From IMG/VR virus record IMGVR_UViG_3300042934_000801, positions 1 to 63,304 of that record: a DNA stretch of 63,304 nt; one strand, 5' to 3'. A program made the translations under genes and the position numbers. Of the stretch, positions 36,159 to 44,453 are shown in pieces. This DNA is from a virus. Lineage: Duplodnaviria > Caudoviricetes. The number at the start of each line of letters is the position of its first letter. The stretch's first letter is position 1. Under the pieces are notes generated by a model. That model worked only from the letters and a program-made list of their open reading frames with translations, did no database searches and had not been told where the DNA came from.

Positions 36159-36187
36159 GTCAGGGGTTCGAATCCCCTTAGCTCCAC
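36159..36187 (+). other. attP: attP common core (3' half of tRNA-Ala)
   Basis: GTCAGGGGTTCGAATCCCCTTAGCTCCAC is a T-arm plus Ala-type acceptor 3' strand with no 5' half upstream; tyrosine integrase lies downstream. Confidence 0.85.
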
Positions 36188-36286
36188 TCAGATCGAGGCA
36201 GAAATGCCTGGTGACGGGTTCGGAACCGAACAGAGCATCACACGTCGGCACACCGGCGTCAGCACGAACAGGTTTACCCTGGTCAT

Positions 36287-38032
36287 GTGGATGCCAATAG
36301 CGAGCTTGCCGACCGCACCGTCGGGGATCTTCCCATCAAGATCGCCCGGGGCTTTGCGCTCCCGGCTGAGGCGGTCACCGAGACCTTCGCCATCCTGGCC
36401 AACCGCGGCGCCGGCAAGTCGGTCACCGCGCACCGCCTCGTCGAGCAGATGTACCGCACCGGCCTTCCGGTCGTGGTCCTGGACGTCAAAGGCGACTGGT
36501 GGGGGATCCGGTCCAGCGCCAGCGGAAAAGGCCCTGGCCTGCCGTTCGTCATCTTCGGCGGCGACCACGCCGACGTCCCGCTCGAGCCCACCGCCGGCGA
36601 GTTGATTGCCGATCTCATCGTCGACGACCGGATACCTGCGGTTCTCGACATGTCGTCGATGAGCAAGACGAAGGCCCGATCGTTCGCCACCGCATTCGCA
36701 GAACGTCTGTACACGCGCAACCGCGATGCCCTGCACGTCGTCATCGAGGAAGCCGATGTGCTTATCCCACAGCGCGCTTCGGCTGACACCGCGCGTCTCC
36801 TCGGCGCGATGGAAGATATCGCGAAGCGCGGACGTAGCCGAGGGCTCGGCTTGACCGTGGTCACCCAGCGCCCGCAGGAAGTGGCCAAGTCTGTCCTCGA
36901 ACTCATGGAAACCGTCATCCTGCTCCGGATGACCGGACCACGCTCCATCAAGGCCGCCCAAGACTGGATCAGCGTCAACGCCGGTGACGACGAGACAGCA
37001 TCTCGGGACGTCGTCGCATCGCTGCCCTCACTGCAGACCGGTGAGGCGTGGGTGTGGAGCCCGGCGTTCCTCCGTCTGCTCAAGCGGGTGAACATCACCA
37101 AGTTCGACACTTTCGATTCTCATGCCACCCCGAAGCCGGGGGAGACCCGCACCATCCCGAAGACCCGCGCCGACATTGACCTCGAGAAGCTCGGGCACGA
37201 GATCGCGGCGACCGTCCAACGGGCAAAAGAGAACGACCCGAAGACTCTTCGCTCGCGCACAGCGGCGCTGCAGGCGCAACTCACACGGACGGAGTCTGAG
37301 CGAGACGTTCTCGTGCGGGACAACGAATCGCTGCGGGCGCGGATCGCCGAACTGCAGGCAGACCGCACACCCGTTGTCCCCCAGGACATCTCCGGGACGA
37401 TCAACGCCGCGGTCAAGCTACTGCAAAAGGTGCTCGACGACTCGAAGAACAGCGATGGCAGGCCGCGGCCCGCAGTCGCTGCAGTGCCGATCGCGCGGAC
37501 ACCACCCACACCGAAAACACGCCCTGCCCCGCAGCAGCAGACCGGCGAGGTGAAATTCCGGGCCGGCGCACAGCGAATGCTCGAGTCCCTGGGCCGCATG
37601 GCTCCGCTGCGACTTACCAAGGCGCAGTGGGGCACTGTCGCCAAGATGAAGCACACCTCCGGAACGTTCTCGACCTACCTCGGCGAGCTACGCCGAGCAG
37701 GGCTCATCGAGGAAGACTCCGTCGGTTTCAGCCTCACCGAACAAGGCTTCGACTACCTCGGCGGCCGACCGGAGCCGATGTCCGGCGAGGAACTCCAACA
37801 GCACTACCTGACGATCCTGCGCGCAGGCGCATCCCGGATGCTGCAGGCCATCATGGACGCCTACCCCTCGGGGCTGGAAAAAGAAGAGATCAGTGCCCAG
37901 ATCGACATAGTGGCCAGCAGCGGCACGTTCTCGACCTACCTCGGGGAACTCCGCCGCAATGGACTGATCGAACAACACGGATGCGAGTTCACAGCGAGCG
38001 ACATCCTGATGCAGGGAGCAGCGGTCGCCTGA
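36287..38032 (+). CDS. HerA/FtsK-superfamily ATPase with coiled coil and two C-terminal winged-helix repeats
   Basis: Walker A ANRGAGKS, LDVKGDW, Walker B VIEEAD, arginine finger KRGRSRG, TQRPQ; SGTFSTYLGELRR.GLIE twice. Confidence 0.85.
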   Translation: MDANSELADRTVGDLPIKIARGFALPAEAVTETFAILANRGAGKSVTAHRLVEQMYRTGLPVVVLDVKGDWWGIRSSASGKGPGLPFVIFGGDHADVPLEPTAGELIADLIVDDRIPAVLDMSSMSKTKARSFATAFAERLYTRNRDALHVVIEEADVLIPQRASADTARLLGAMEDIAKRGRSRGLGLTVVTQRPQEVAKSVLELMETVILLRMTGPRSIKAAQDWISVNAGDDETASRDVVASLPSLQTGEAWVWSPAFLRLLKRVNITKFDTFDSHATPKPGETRTIPKTRADIDLEKLGHEIAATVQRAKENDPKTLRSRTAALQAQLTRTESERDVLVRDNESLRARIAELQADRTPVVPQDISGTINAAVKLLQKVLDDSKNSDGRPRPAVAAVPIARTPPTPKTRPAPQQQTGEVKFRAGAQRMLESLGRMAPLRLTKAQWGTVAKMKHTSGTFSTYLGELRRAGLIEEDSVGFSLTEQGFDYLGGRPEPMSGEELQQHYLTILRAGASRMLQAIMDAYPSGLEKEEISAQIDIVASSGTFSTYLGELRRNGLIEQHGCEFTASDILMQGAAVA

Positions 38033-39171
38033 TGGCGTGGATCATCGACCGGCACCGCAAGGACGGCACCCCCTACTGGGCCGTGTGCTGGCGCGAGAGC
38101 GGCCGCAACGGCAAGCAGGAATCCATCACCTGGTACGACCGCGACGACGCCCTGCACTGCAAAGACCTCATCGACAAGCTCGGCCCCGAAAAGGCCCGCG
38201 ACATCATGAAGATCATCACCGAACCCCGGCGCGCGCAGACCGTCGCCGAGTTCCTGACCGCCCACGTCGACCACCTCACCGGCGTCGAACCCGGCACCAC
38301 GAAGCGATACCGCGCCTACATCCGCAACGACCTCGCTGGCATCGGCGACATCCCGCTTCGCGCGCTCACCCGGGAGGACGTCGCACGGTGGGTCAACGCG
38401 ATGAGCCAGACCAGCTCGGCCAAGACCGTGAAGAATAAACGCGACTTTCTGTCTGGCGCGCTCAAGGCCGCAGTGAAGGCCAAGGCCATCCCGGCCAACC
38501 CCGCCGAGGACGTCCGCAACCCGCGCTGGGACCGCCGCGAAATGGTGTTCTTGACCGCCGCAGAGTTCCGGATGCTGCTCGACGAGATCCCCGCCTACTG
38601 GAAGCCCCTGATCGAGTTCCTGGTCGCCTCCGGGGCGCGCTGGTCCGAAGCGACCGCGCTGCGGCCCGCCGACATCGACATCACACATGGCACGGTCCGG
38701 ATCTCGAAGGCGTGGAAGACCGGCAGCGACGACGGCGGATACACCCTCGGTGTCCCGAAGACCCGCAAGAGCGTCCGCACGATCAACGTGCCGGCCAGCG
38801 TGCTGGAGAAGCTCGACCTGACAGGGGAGTGGGTGTTCACCAACTCCGGGCGCGGCCGCGGCCAGAACGCCACCGAGAAGCTCGGCCCCGACCCGAACCC
38901 CGTGCGCATCCACTCGTTCGCACCGAACGTGTGGCGGCCGGCCATCGAGCGCGCCAAGCTCAAGGGGCTGACGAAGTCGCCCCGCATCCACGACCTGCGC
39001 CACACCGCGGCGTCATGGCTGCTGCAGGCCGGGCGGCCGATGCCGTCCGTACAGCAGCACCTCGGGCACGAGTCGATCCAGACCACCGTGGATGTCTATG
39101 GGCACCTGGACCGCTCGAGCGGCAAGGGCAACGCCGACGCGATCGACGCGATGCTCACACCGCTGGACTAG
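38032..39171 (+). CDS. int: Tyrosine integrase
   Basis: SGARWSE, HDLRHT, LGHESIQTTVDVYGH; TGATG coupling to the ATPase. Confidence 0.95.
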   Translation: MAWIIDRHRKDGTPYWAVCWRESGRNGKQESITWYDRDDALHCKDLIDKLGPEKARDIMKIITEPRRAQTVAEFLTAHVDHLTGVEPGTTKRYRAYIRNDLAGIGDIPLRALTREDVARWVNAMSQTSSAKTVKNKRDFLSGALKAAVKAKAIPANPAEDVRNPRWDRREMVFLTAAEFRMLLDEIPAYWKPLIEFLVASGARWSEATALRPADIDITHGTVRISKAWKTGSDDGGYTLGVPKTRKSVRTINVPASVLEKLDLTGEWVFTNSGRGRGQNATEKLGPDPNPVRIHSFAPNVWRPAIERAKLKGLTKSPRIHDLRHTAASWLLQAGRPMPSVQQHLGHESIQTTVDVYGHLDRSSGKGNADAIDAMLTPLD

Positions 39172-39191
39172 CGGGAACGAGCCCGCGTGGT

Positions 39192-39704
39192 TCACGGCAA
39201 AAGGACCGCCATCACGCCGGGGTCGATCCTCCAGGTCAGTGTGCCGCCATCGTTGAACACATGCACGGGGATGTCGTGTGGCGGCCCGCCGGCGGCTGTC
39301 ATCGTCGCCATTCCCTCGAACGAGGTGTCCCCGGTTCGCACGAGCGACACGTGGTGCACACGAACATTGAATTGCGGCTGCCCTGGGTCGGCGTCGAGTG
39401 TGTTCTGAATGTTGTTCAGGACTGTGCCGGCGAGCGCGTCGATGCCGTTGGGACTGGAGTTTGCAGGCGGTATGGCGGGGGCGGCCGGCGGACTATAGGT
39501 CGGTACCCACGGCACATTGCCGCCACTAAAGACCTTGGGGCCCTGATAGATCGGGTCGAAGTAACCGCCGGTACTTCCGTCGACGCACTTCTGATAGCCG
39601 GGACCGGTCTCGTAGCAGTACGGTGCAGCGGCAGCGACACCCGCCGACCCCGCGAAACATGTGGCTGTCGCGGCCAGTCCAAGCACAGCCAATCGGAAGG
39701 TCAT
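39192..39704 (-). CDS. Secreted hypothetical protein
   Basis: Signal peptide ending VAAAA-P, Cys pair, Pro-rich linker. Confidence 0.7.
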   Translation of the reverse strand: MTFRLAVLGLAATATCFAGSAGVAAAAPYCYETGPGYQKCVDGSTGGYFDPIYQGPKVFSGGNVPWVPTYSPPAAPAIPPANSSPNGIDALAGTVLNNIQNTLDADPGQPQFNVRVHHVSLVRTGDTSFEGMATMTAAGGPPHDIPVHVFNDGGTLTWRIDPGVMAVLLP

Positions 39705-39934
39705 AGGCGGAGATCGTATTGCCGACTGCTCACCCTGCGCAGCCGGTTCACCGTGGACGCTGCGTAGGCGAGCGCCCTCTCGGTCGCCAGAAGGCGATTC
39801 AGCAGCTGGTAGTACCGAGTCGGCGTCAGGCCCATCGCGCCGATTGCGGACTCTTTGCCACCAGCAGTGGCCCACCACTGCTGCTCAAGGTCAAGGATCG
39901 CGCGCTCCTGATCGGTCAGGGAATCCATAGCCAT
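39701..39934 (-). CDS. DUF3263-like protein
   Basis: LTDQERAILDLE.QWW...G.KE.AI...G..PTRYYQ.LN.L; GGAGG RBS. Confidence 0.8.
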   Translation of the reverse strand: MAMDSLTDQERAILDLEQQWWATAGGKESAIGAMGLTPTRYYQLLNRLLATERALAYAASTVNRLRRVSSRQYDLRL

Positions 39935-40359
39935 TGGTCCTCCAGGTGATATTCGAGCTGAGACACCTCGAGCGGGTCGAGAGTGGACATGCGGGTCTGC
40001 AGGGTGGGTTCGTCGACCCAGAGGTGCTCGGCGAGCTCGCATGGGTCTCGCGTCCAGCGCAGCCCGTTGGTGAGCGCAGGGAGCGTGATGAGGCGGCGTG
40101 CGCTGATCTCCTCGACGAGGCGCTCCTCGCGCTCCGCGGCAGCCGGTTCTTCCGGCACTGGGCCGCGCTCGCGGTGCACAAGCTCGTGCGTGAGGGTGCA
40201 GCGCCGCTCGGCCTGGGTCAGTCCGCGCGCCAACCAGATCCGCCGGCCAACCTGCAGCCCCATGACACGGTCCGGGAGCCGGTACCGGCAGGACACATCG
40301 ACGTCATCGTGATGATCGCGAAGCAGCCTCCACGGGTGGAAGAGCGATTCGATGCTCAT
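39916..40359 (-). CDS. ImmA/IrrE-family metallopeptidase (antirepressor protease)
   Basis: LTQAERRCTLTHELVH, EE..V...SARRLI, LAEHLWVD. Confidence 0.9.
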   Translation of the reverse strand: MSIESLFHPWRLLRDHHDDVDVSCRYRLPDRVMGLQVGRRIWLARGLTQAERRCTLTHELVHRERGPVPEEPAAAEREERLVEEISARRLITLPALTNGLRWTRDPCELAEHLWVDEPTLQTRMSTLDPLEVSQLEYHLEDQWLWIP

Positions 40360-40367
40360 GCCGACGG

Positions 40368-40389
40368 ACGGTAGGGGACACCTCCGACA
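40368..40389 (-). promoter_or_regulatory. PafBC (RecA-NDp) promoter
   Basis: TGTCGG-AGGTGTCCCC-TACCGT, exact consensus spacing, 8 nt before the ATG. Confidence 0.75.
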
Positions 40390-40409
40390 AGATCAGTGCC
40401 GCAACGGAA

Positions 40410-40970
40410 TTACGTTGTTGTAACTCCGTCGTCCAAAGACTCATCTTCGGGGTCGGGTCCCCAACCGATCGCTGACTCATTCAGATACATTCGACCGTTG
40501 ACGATGTATAACGGAAATTCTGGCGGAGGCTGCTTCAGCGTGAAACATATGCGCTCTAGTCCGGCCTCTACGTATGGCATCAAGAACGGCAGCACGTACT
40601 CAGTAGCGAAGCTCTGCAGATCTTCTTCGTTGAAAAGTTCGGTGTCGTCGAAGTTAACTACTGCGCCCTCTTCATAGATGGCAATATGCGATTCCAGCCG
40701 TGCGTGCGCTCTTAACCTAATCCCAACCATGGCTTTTGAGGAACGGCCGAGGGAGGGTTGGAGCCGTATGGTGCCTACTGGCGCATTGTCAATACTGTCG
40801 TCTTCGCGCTCATCTTTCACATGGCGCGCAAGGAAGTAGCTAGCCGCGTGGGACATCGACGTTGCCGCTTCCCAAATCTCGTGTGGCTCAGCAGAAGTCC
40901 GCTGCTCAGCAGTGCTTGAGCGTTCTTCAGTTTCTTCCGGCACGGTGCCTTCCTGGCTTGCTGTCGACAT
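40410..40970 (-). CDS. SecB-like chaperone of a TAC system (start may be GTG 40943)
   Basis: Acidic; beta strands then DLQSFATEYVLPFLMPYV...ICFTLKQPPPEFP, matching the SecB C-terminal helix-PY-helix-P..LP pattern. Confidence 0.7.
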   Translation of the reverse strand: MSTASQEGTVPEETEERSSTAEQRTSAEPHEIWEAATSMSHAASYFLARHVKDEREDDSIDNAPVGTIRLQPSLGRSSKAMVGIRLRAHARLESHIAIYEEGAVVNFDDTELFNEEDLQSFATEYVLPFLMPYVEAGLERICFTLKQPPPEFPLYIVNGRMYLNESAIGWGPDPEDESLDDGVTTT

Positions 40971-41445
40971 GCACACTCACGTGGGCGCGATTGTCTCGAA
41001 CTACTTCCTGGATTTGCTTTTTCCAGTCGGTGAAGACGGGAATTGGGCCGGTCATCTCCGACGGGCCCACCAACTCATGCAGCGTTGACGAGTCGACGTA
41101 TTCCCACTTCTGAAAAAGCTCATTTGGACTCGCTGTCTTCAATGTCCGGTGTATCGCGCGGTCGAGATAGACCCAGTGTTCATACCGGGCGCCGATGGAT
41201 GCCGCATAACGGCGGATCGTTGATAGGCGGGGATCCGCGCCCGGGCGCTCGAATTGACTCACGGCTGTCTTATGTCGACCCCAGGCGCGGCCAAGATCTT
41301 CCTGCGTCAGTCCGGCCGCGCGGCGTAAATCAGCGAGTTGGATCAGGAACTGTTCGTCGGCATGGGCCAAATCTGCAGCTAGTCGGGCCTCAACCGAATC
41401 TTCGCCAAGACCGAACTCTTCGGCTAACTCTTCCCAGATGCCCAT
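40927..41445 (-). CDS. HigA-like XRE antitoxin with long C-terminal extension (candidate ChAD)
   Basis: LADLRRAAGLTQEDLG......AVSQFE....DPRLSTIRRYAASIG followed by about 75 extra residues. Confidence 0.8.
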   Translation of the reverse strand: MGIWEELAEEFGLGEDSVEARLAADLAHADEQFLIQLADLRRAAGLTQEDLGRAWGRHKTAVSQFERPGADPRLSTIRRYAASIGARYEHWVYLDRAIHRTLKTASPNELFQKWEYVDSSTLHELVGPSEMTGPIPVFTDWKKQIQEVVRDNRAHVSVHVDSKPGRHRAGRN

Positions 41446-41461
41446 AAGTAGAGAATAACCT

Positions 41462-42037
41462 CTACTGGTTGCCGGGGGTGAGACTGTTGCCAAGCTGACG
41501 CCCCGCGCGCCAAGCTGAGAACTCCGATCTAGCCTGCTCGATGTGCTGCCGTTGAATTGCTTGCCAGTCGTCGGAAACGAGAGAAGACGGCTTACGACCG
41601 AAAACCAAGAACAGGATCAACGCCGGTTCGACCAGTGGCGCAGCGAAGTACATTCTGAACTGCCAACCGCGGATGTCCGTGTCACCGTGCCCGTTCACGG
41701 TGACCGGATGGCGAAGCTCTCCAAGCTGACTGTCGTTGCCCTCTAGCGGGAAACACCACTCAGAGTCGCGGTCGCCTTGCAGGCCCGAACCGCGAACGCA
41801 TCCGTTGACTGCGCGCTTTCGCAGGTCGAAGACATCTCGAAACAAGGTGGCAACCAATCTGCGACGGATTCCAATCTGCTTGTCTGTCAACAGTTCTCCG
41901 TCGTCGTCTTCCTCGAACTCCCTGCTAATGGCAGCGACAACTTCCCGTGCCTGTTGCTCATACAGCTGGGTTTCTTCCCATTCAGTTCGACCACCGAACT
42001 GTTGACGCCACGGGTCATAAGTGCCGATTTCACTCAC
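41462..42037 (-). CDS. Divergent RelE/HigB-like toxin
   Basis: LGELR...FRMYF......LILFLVFGRK...Q.QHIEQAR; directly upstream of the HTH antitoxin; start inferred. Confidence 0.6.
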   Translation of the reverse strand: MSEIGTYDPWRQQFGGRTEWEETQLYEQQAREVVAAISREFEEDDDGELLTDKQIGIRRRLVATLFRDVFDLRKRAVNGCVRGSGLQGDRDSEWCFPLEGNDSQLGELRHPVTVNGHGDTDIRGWQFRMYFAAPLVEPALILFLVFGRKPSSLVSDDWQAIQRQHIEQARSEFSAWRAGRQLGNSLTPGNQ

Positions 42038-42497
42038 TCGGGCCACCGCCGCTCCAATCGCAATCGCCCGACAGTTCGATGAAGCCTTGGACGTTTTCGA
42101 TAGGGAACTGCAGGACGGTCTCGCCGATCGGGGTGCTCCACAGCCCGACGACGTCCTGCTTATTCGCTCCTGCCCATTGCCACGCGTTGCACGCTGCAAC
42201 GTGTGGTGTCTGGTCGGCCGGGCCGACGTAAGTGCCGACCCATACCCCGGGCTGGAGGCCAGGTAGATCGGACGCGGGGTTGTTCACGGCGAATGTCTGC
42301 GAGGCGGCACGGGTCGTGGTCGCGGAGATGACCAACGTCCCAGCGGCGGACACCGGCGGATTAGAACGCGACGGCTGCGCCGGCGCAGCCGGACTCGTCA
42401 CGGTAACCGTTTCGGCGGGGGCCGCGGAGTCGGTCTGCGCGCCGCATCCGACGGTGACGCCGCACAGCGCCAGCGCGGTGATTCCTGTGCGGATCAC
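42030..42497 (-). CDS. Lipoprotein
   Basis: Lipobox VTVGC, ETVTVT/Pro-Ala linker, PGVW...C..W; GTGA overlap with the repressor stop. Confidence 0.75.
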   Translation of the reverse strand: MIRTGITALALCGVTVGCGAQTDSAAPAETVTVTSPAAPAQPSRSNPPVSAAGTLVISATTTRAASQTFAVNNPASDLPGLQPGVWVGTYVGPADQTPHVAACNAWQWAGANKQDVVGLWSTPIGETVLQFPIENVQGFIELSGDCDWSGGGPSE

Positions 42498-43981
42498 TCG
42501 TCGCTGCCCGGGTCTTGGGATTCCTCGCCGCCAGCTTCGCCCTGCTCGGACCGCCCTGGCGTGTAGTCGCGCGGTGTGATGCGTGCGGCGGCCGCTAACG
42601 CGCCGGAGTATCGAGTTCCTGTAGTGGCGAGCGTCAGAGACTGCAGATGTGAATCGAGCTCGGCGATCAACCGAGCGGCGTCCGCAGATACCAGCACTTC
42701 TTCGGTGTCCGCAGATACCTGCACATTTTGAAGCCTTTCCCGGGCTCGTCCAAGCGCCGCAGTCAAGGACGACAGCTGGGCAAGTTGCCCGGCCGGTGTA
42801 TCCGCGGCCGGAGTGAGAGATCGGAGGGTTTCTTCCAGCTCCTCCGACACGCCGAGCGACGGATCGAGCTCGTCCATCATCTGAAACAGTTCGCGCAGTT
42901 TCTGCGGTATCCACGGGGGCACTAGACCGTCTGGAAACAGTGCAATTATCGGCTGGACATCACCGCTCCGGCTCGTGGCGTCCCCCCGCTCTAATTGGCC
43001 TGGTGTGCTTCCCTCGGGGGCGGTGCGAGCGGCGATGAGGTGACGTTGGACGGAAGGCTCGTGAGTCGCAGACAGGCCGGACTCGATCCATGCGGCCTTG
43101 TCAAGCCGTAGTCGACGCACCAAGTCGCGTAGTAAATCCCCATGCAGCACTGCAGGTTTGCGGAGCACCACGGTCGGAGCCTTCGCGGCAATGTCTTCCA
43201 GCAATGGGATGAACGTCTCGCTGGTCGTTGCGAAGAAGTCGAATGCCTTGATGGCGGCGTCGATCTGTTGCGGTGTGGCGTGCAGGTCAACCATCTGCAT
43301 GGCGTCCAACGTGTCGACGGTTGCGGCTTCGTAGCGTTCGACGGCGAGATAGAACACAGCGACTGTGGTGTCGACGTCGTCGTCGGGTGTCAGCGATGAC
43401 AGCGTCGTCACAGCGTCGATCAGAGCCATGGTTGTCGCATGCTGCGCTTCGATGACCGCATGGTCGATCGTTGCCGCTTCGAGTTTCGGCAGTACCGCAG
43501 CGTCGAGCTCGAAAACCACGTTCGTCTGCGGGATGGCGAAGTCGATGGACGCGGCAGGCTTGGCATTTCCCAGGTCGGCATCTTTCAAAAGGCCTGCGAC
43601 GGCTTTCTCCGCAACGCTGCCGTGTTCTAACGCATTCTGAACCATCCGCTCTTTTCCTAGCTCGGAGCGACTACGCACCCCTTTCATGCGTCGCTGGACT
43701 TCGGCGAGTAGTTCGTCGTCGGTGAGGGCGTCTGGCCCGCGGTGAATCTCGATGGCTTCCGCTGCTTCAGTGCCGGTGAGGTAGCCAGCGGCGACCAACG
43801 CCTCGACAGGCGGTCTGCCGTAGGCGCGGCTGAATACGACGACCGATTGAGCGCTGGGCTCGTTGTGTCCTTTGGACCACCGGGAGATGACTGTGGTGCC
43901 GATGCCTGAGACGTCGGCAATCTTCTTCTGTTCATCCGTCCCGGCAATCCGAGTCACGTAGTTCCACCACTCATTGGCCAC
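42494..43981 (-). CDS. Immunity repressor (XRE HTH) with very long C-terminal region
   Basis: QKKIADVSGIGTTVISRW..G...P, EALVAAGYL, LTDDELLAEV.RR; divergent from cro; TACGCT -10 six nt before GTG. Confidence 0.8.
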   Translation of the reverse strand: MANEWWNYVTRIAGTDEQKKIADVSGIGTTVISRWSKGHNEPSAQSVVVFSRAYGRPPVEALVAAGYLTGTEAAEAIEIHRGPDALTDDELLAEVQRRMKGVRSRSELGKERMVQNALEHGSVAEKAVAGLLKDADLGNAKPAASIDFAIPQTNVVFELDAAVLPKLEAATIDHAVIEAQHATTMALIDAVTTLSSLTPDDDVDTTVAVFYLAVERYEAATVDTLDAMQMVDLHATPQQIDAAIKAFDFFATTSETFIPLLEDIAAKAPTVVLRKPAVLHGDLLRDLVRRLRLDKAAWIESGLSATHEPSVQRHLIAARTAPEGSTPGQLERGDATSRSGDVQPIIALFPDGLVPPWIPQKLRELFQMMDELDPSLGVSEELEETLRSLTPAADTPAGQLAQLSSLTAALGRARERLQNVQVSADTEEVLVSADAARLIAELDSHLQSLTLATTGTRYSGALAAAARITPRDYTPGRSEQGEAGGEESQDPGSDE

Positions 43982-43993
43982 ACAACCAGCGTA

Positions 43994-44176
43994 TTGCGCC
44001 CACGCAAGATTCTGGGCTGCCAAAACGCACTTGCGTCCACGCAAGTGCCCAGCAGGTGGACTTACACGGTTGTCTTTCAGCACTGCATAGGCGCAATCAG
44101 CCACCGTTACCGAACCGTGACCTTTCTTGATTGCGCGTATGCAATCCCTCCCGTACATTCAATCGCATGGCCGCAA
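43994..44176. promoter_or_regulatory. Operator array, consensus TTGCG-N4-CGCAA
   Basis: Copies at 43994, 44031, 44083, 44131 and 44163, with a weaker one at 44017. Confidence 0.8.
44131..44159 (+). promoter_or_regulatory. Early lytic promoter (PR-like)
   Basis: TTGCGC-17 nt-TACATT; the -35 overlaps one operator and another covers the start site. Confidence 0.7.
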
Positions 44177-44210
44177 GATTGCAGGCCAGGGGCTTAGAAG
44201 GAGGTGAAGG

Positions 44211-44453
44211 GTGTTGGCCACTCTCGAACTGAACCAGGCCGGACTGGCAAAGATTCGCCGCCTCTCAGGGCTGAAGTTTGACCACGAACTCGCTACCCGA
44301 ATCAAGGTCGACGCGACCACCGTGTCCCGCGTACTCACAGGCAAGAGCGCACCCGGACCGCGATTCATTGCGGGCTGCGTCGAGGCATTCGGCGCCGACT
44401 GCTTCACCGACCTCTTCAACGTCGTCCCTGACGACGAGCAGGTGGTCGCATGA
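44211..44453 (+). CDS. cro: Cro-like HTH protein
   Basis: ELATRIKVDATTVSRVLTG...PGPRFIA; AGGAGG RBS. Confidence 0.8.
   Translation: MLATLELNQAGLAKIRRLSGLKFDHELATRIKVDATTVSRVLTGKSAPGPRFIAGCVEAFGADCFTDLFNVVPDDEQVVA

Noticed and set aside
36120-36187. Seventh complete tRNA gene
   Set aside because: Only the T-arm and 3' acceptor strand are present; it is the attP core
36258-36280. PafBC motif upstream of the ATPase
   Set aside because: GTCAG to TACCCT spacing is 12 nt rather than 10
37627-38031. N-terminal extension of the integrase in the ORF track
   Set aside because: It overlaps the ATPase gene in another frame; ATG 38032 gives a coupled, normal-sized integrase
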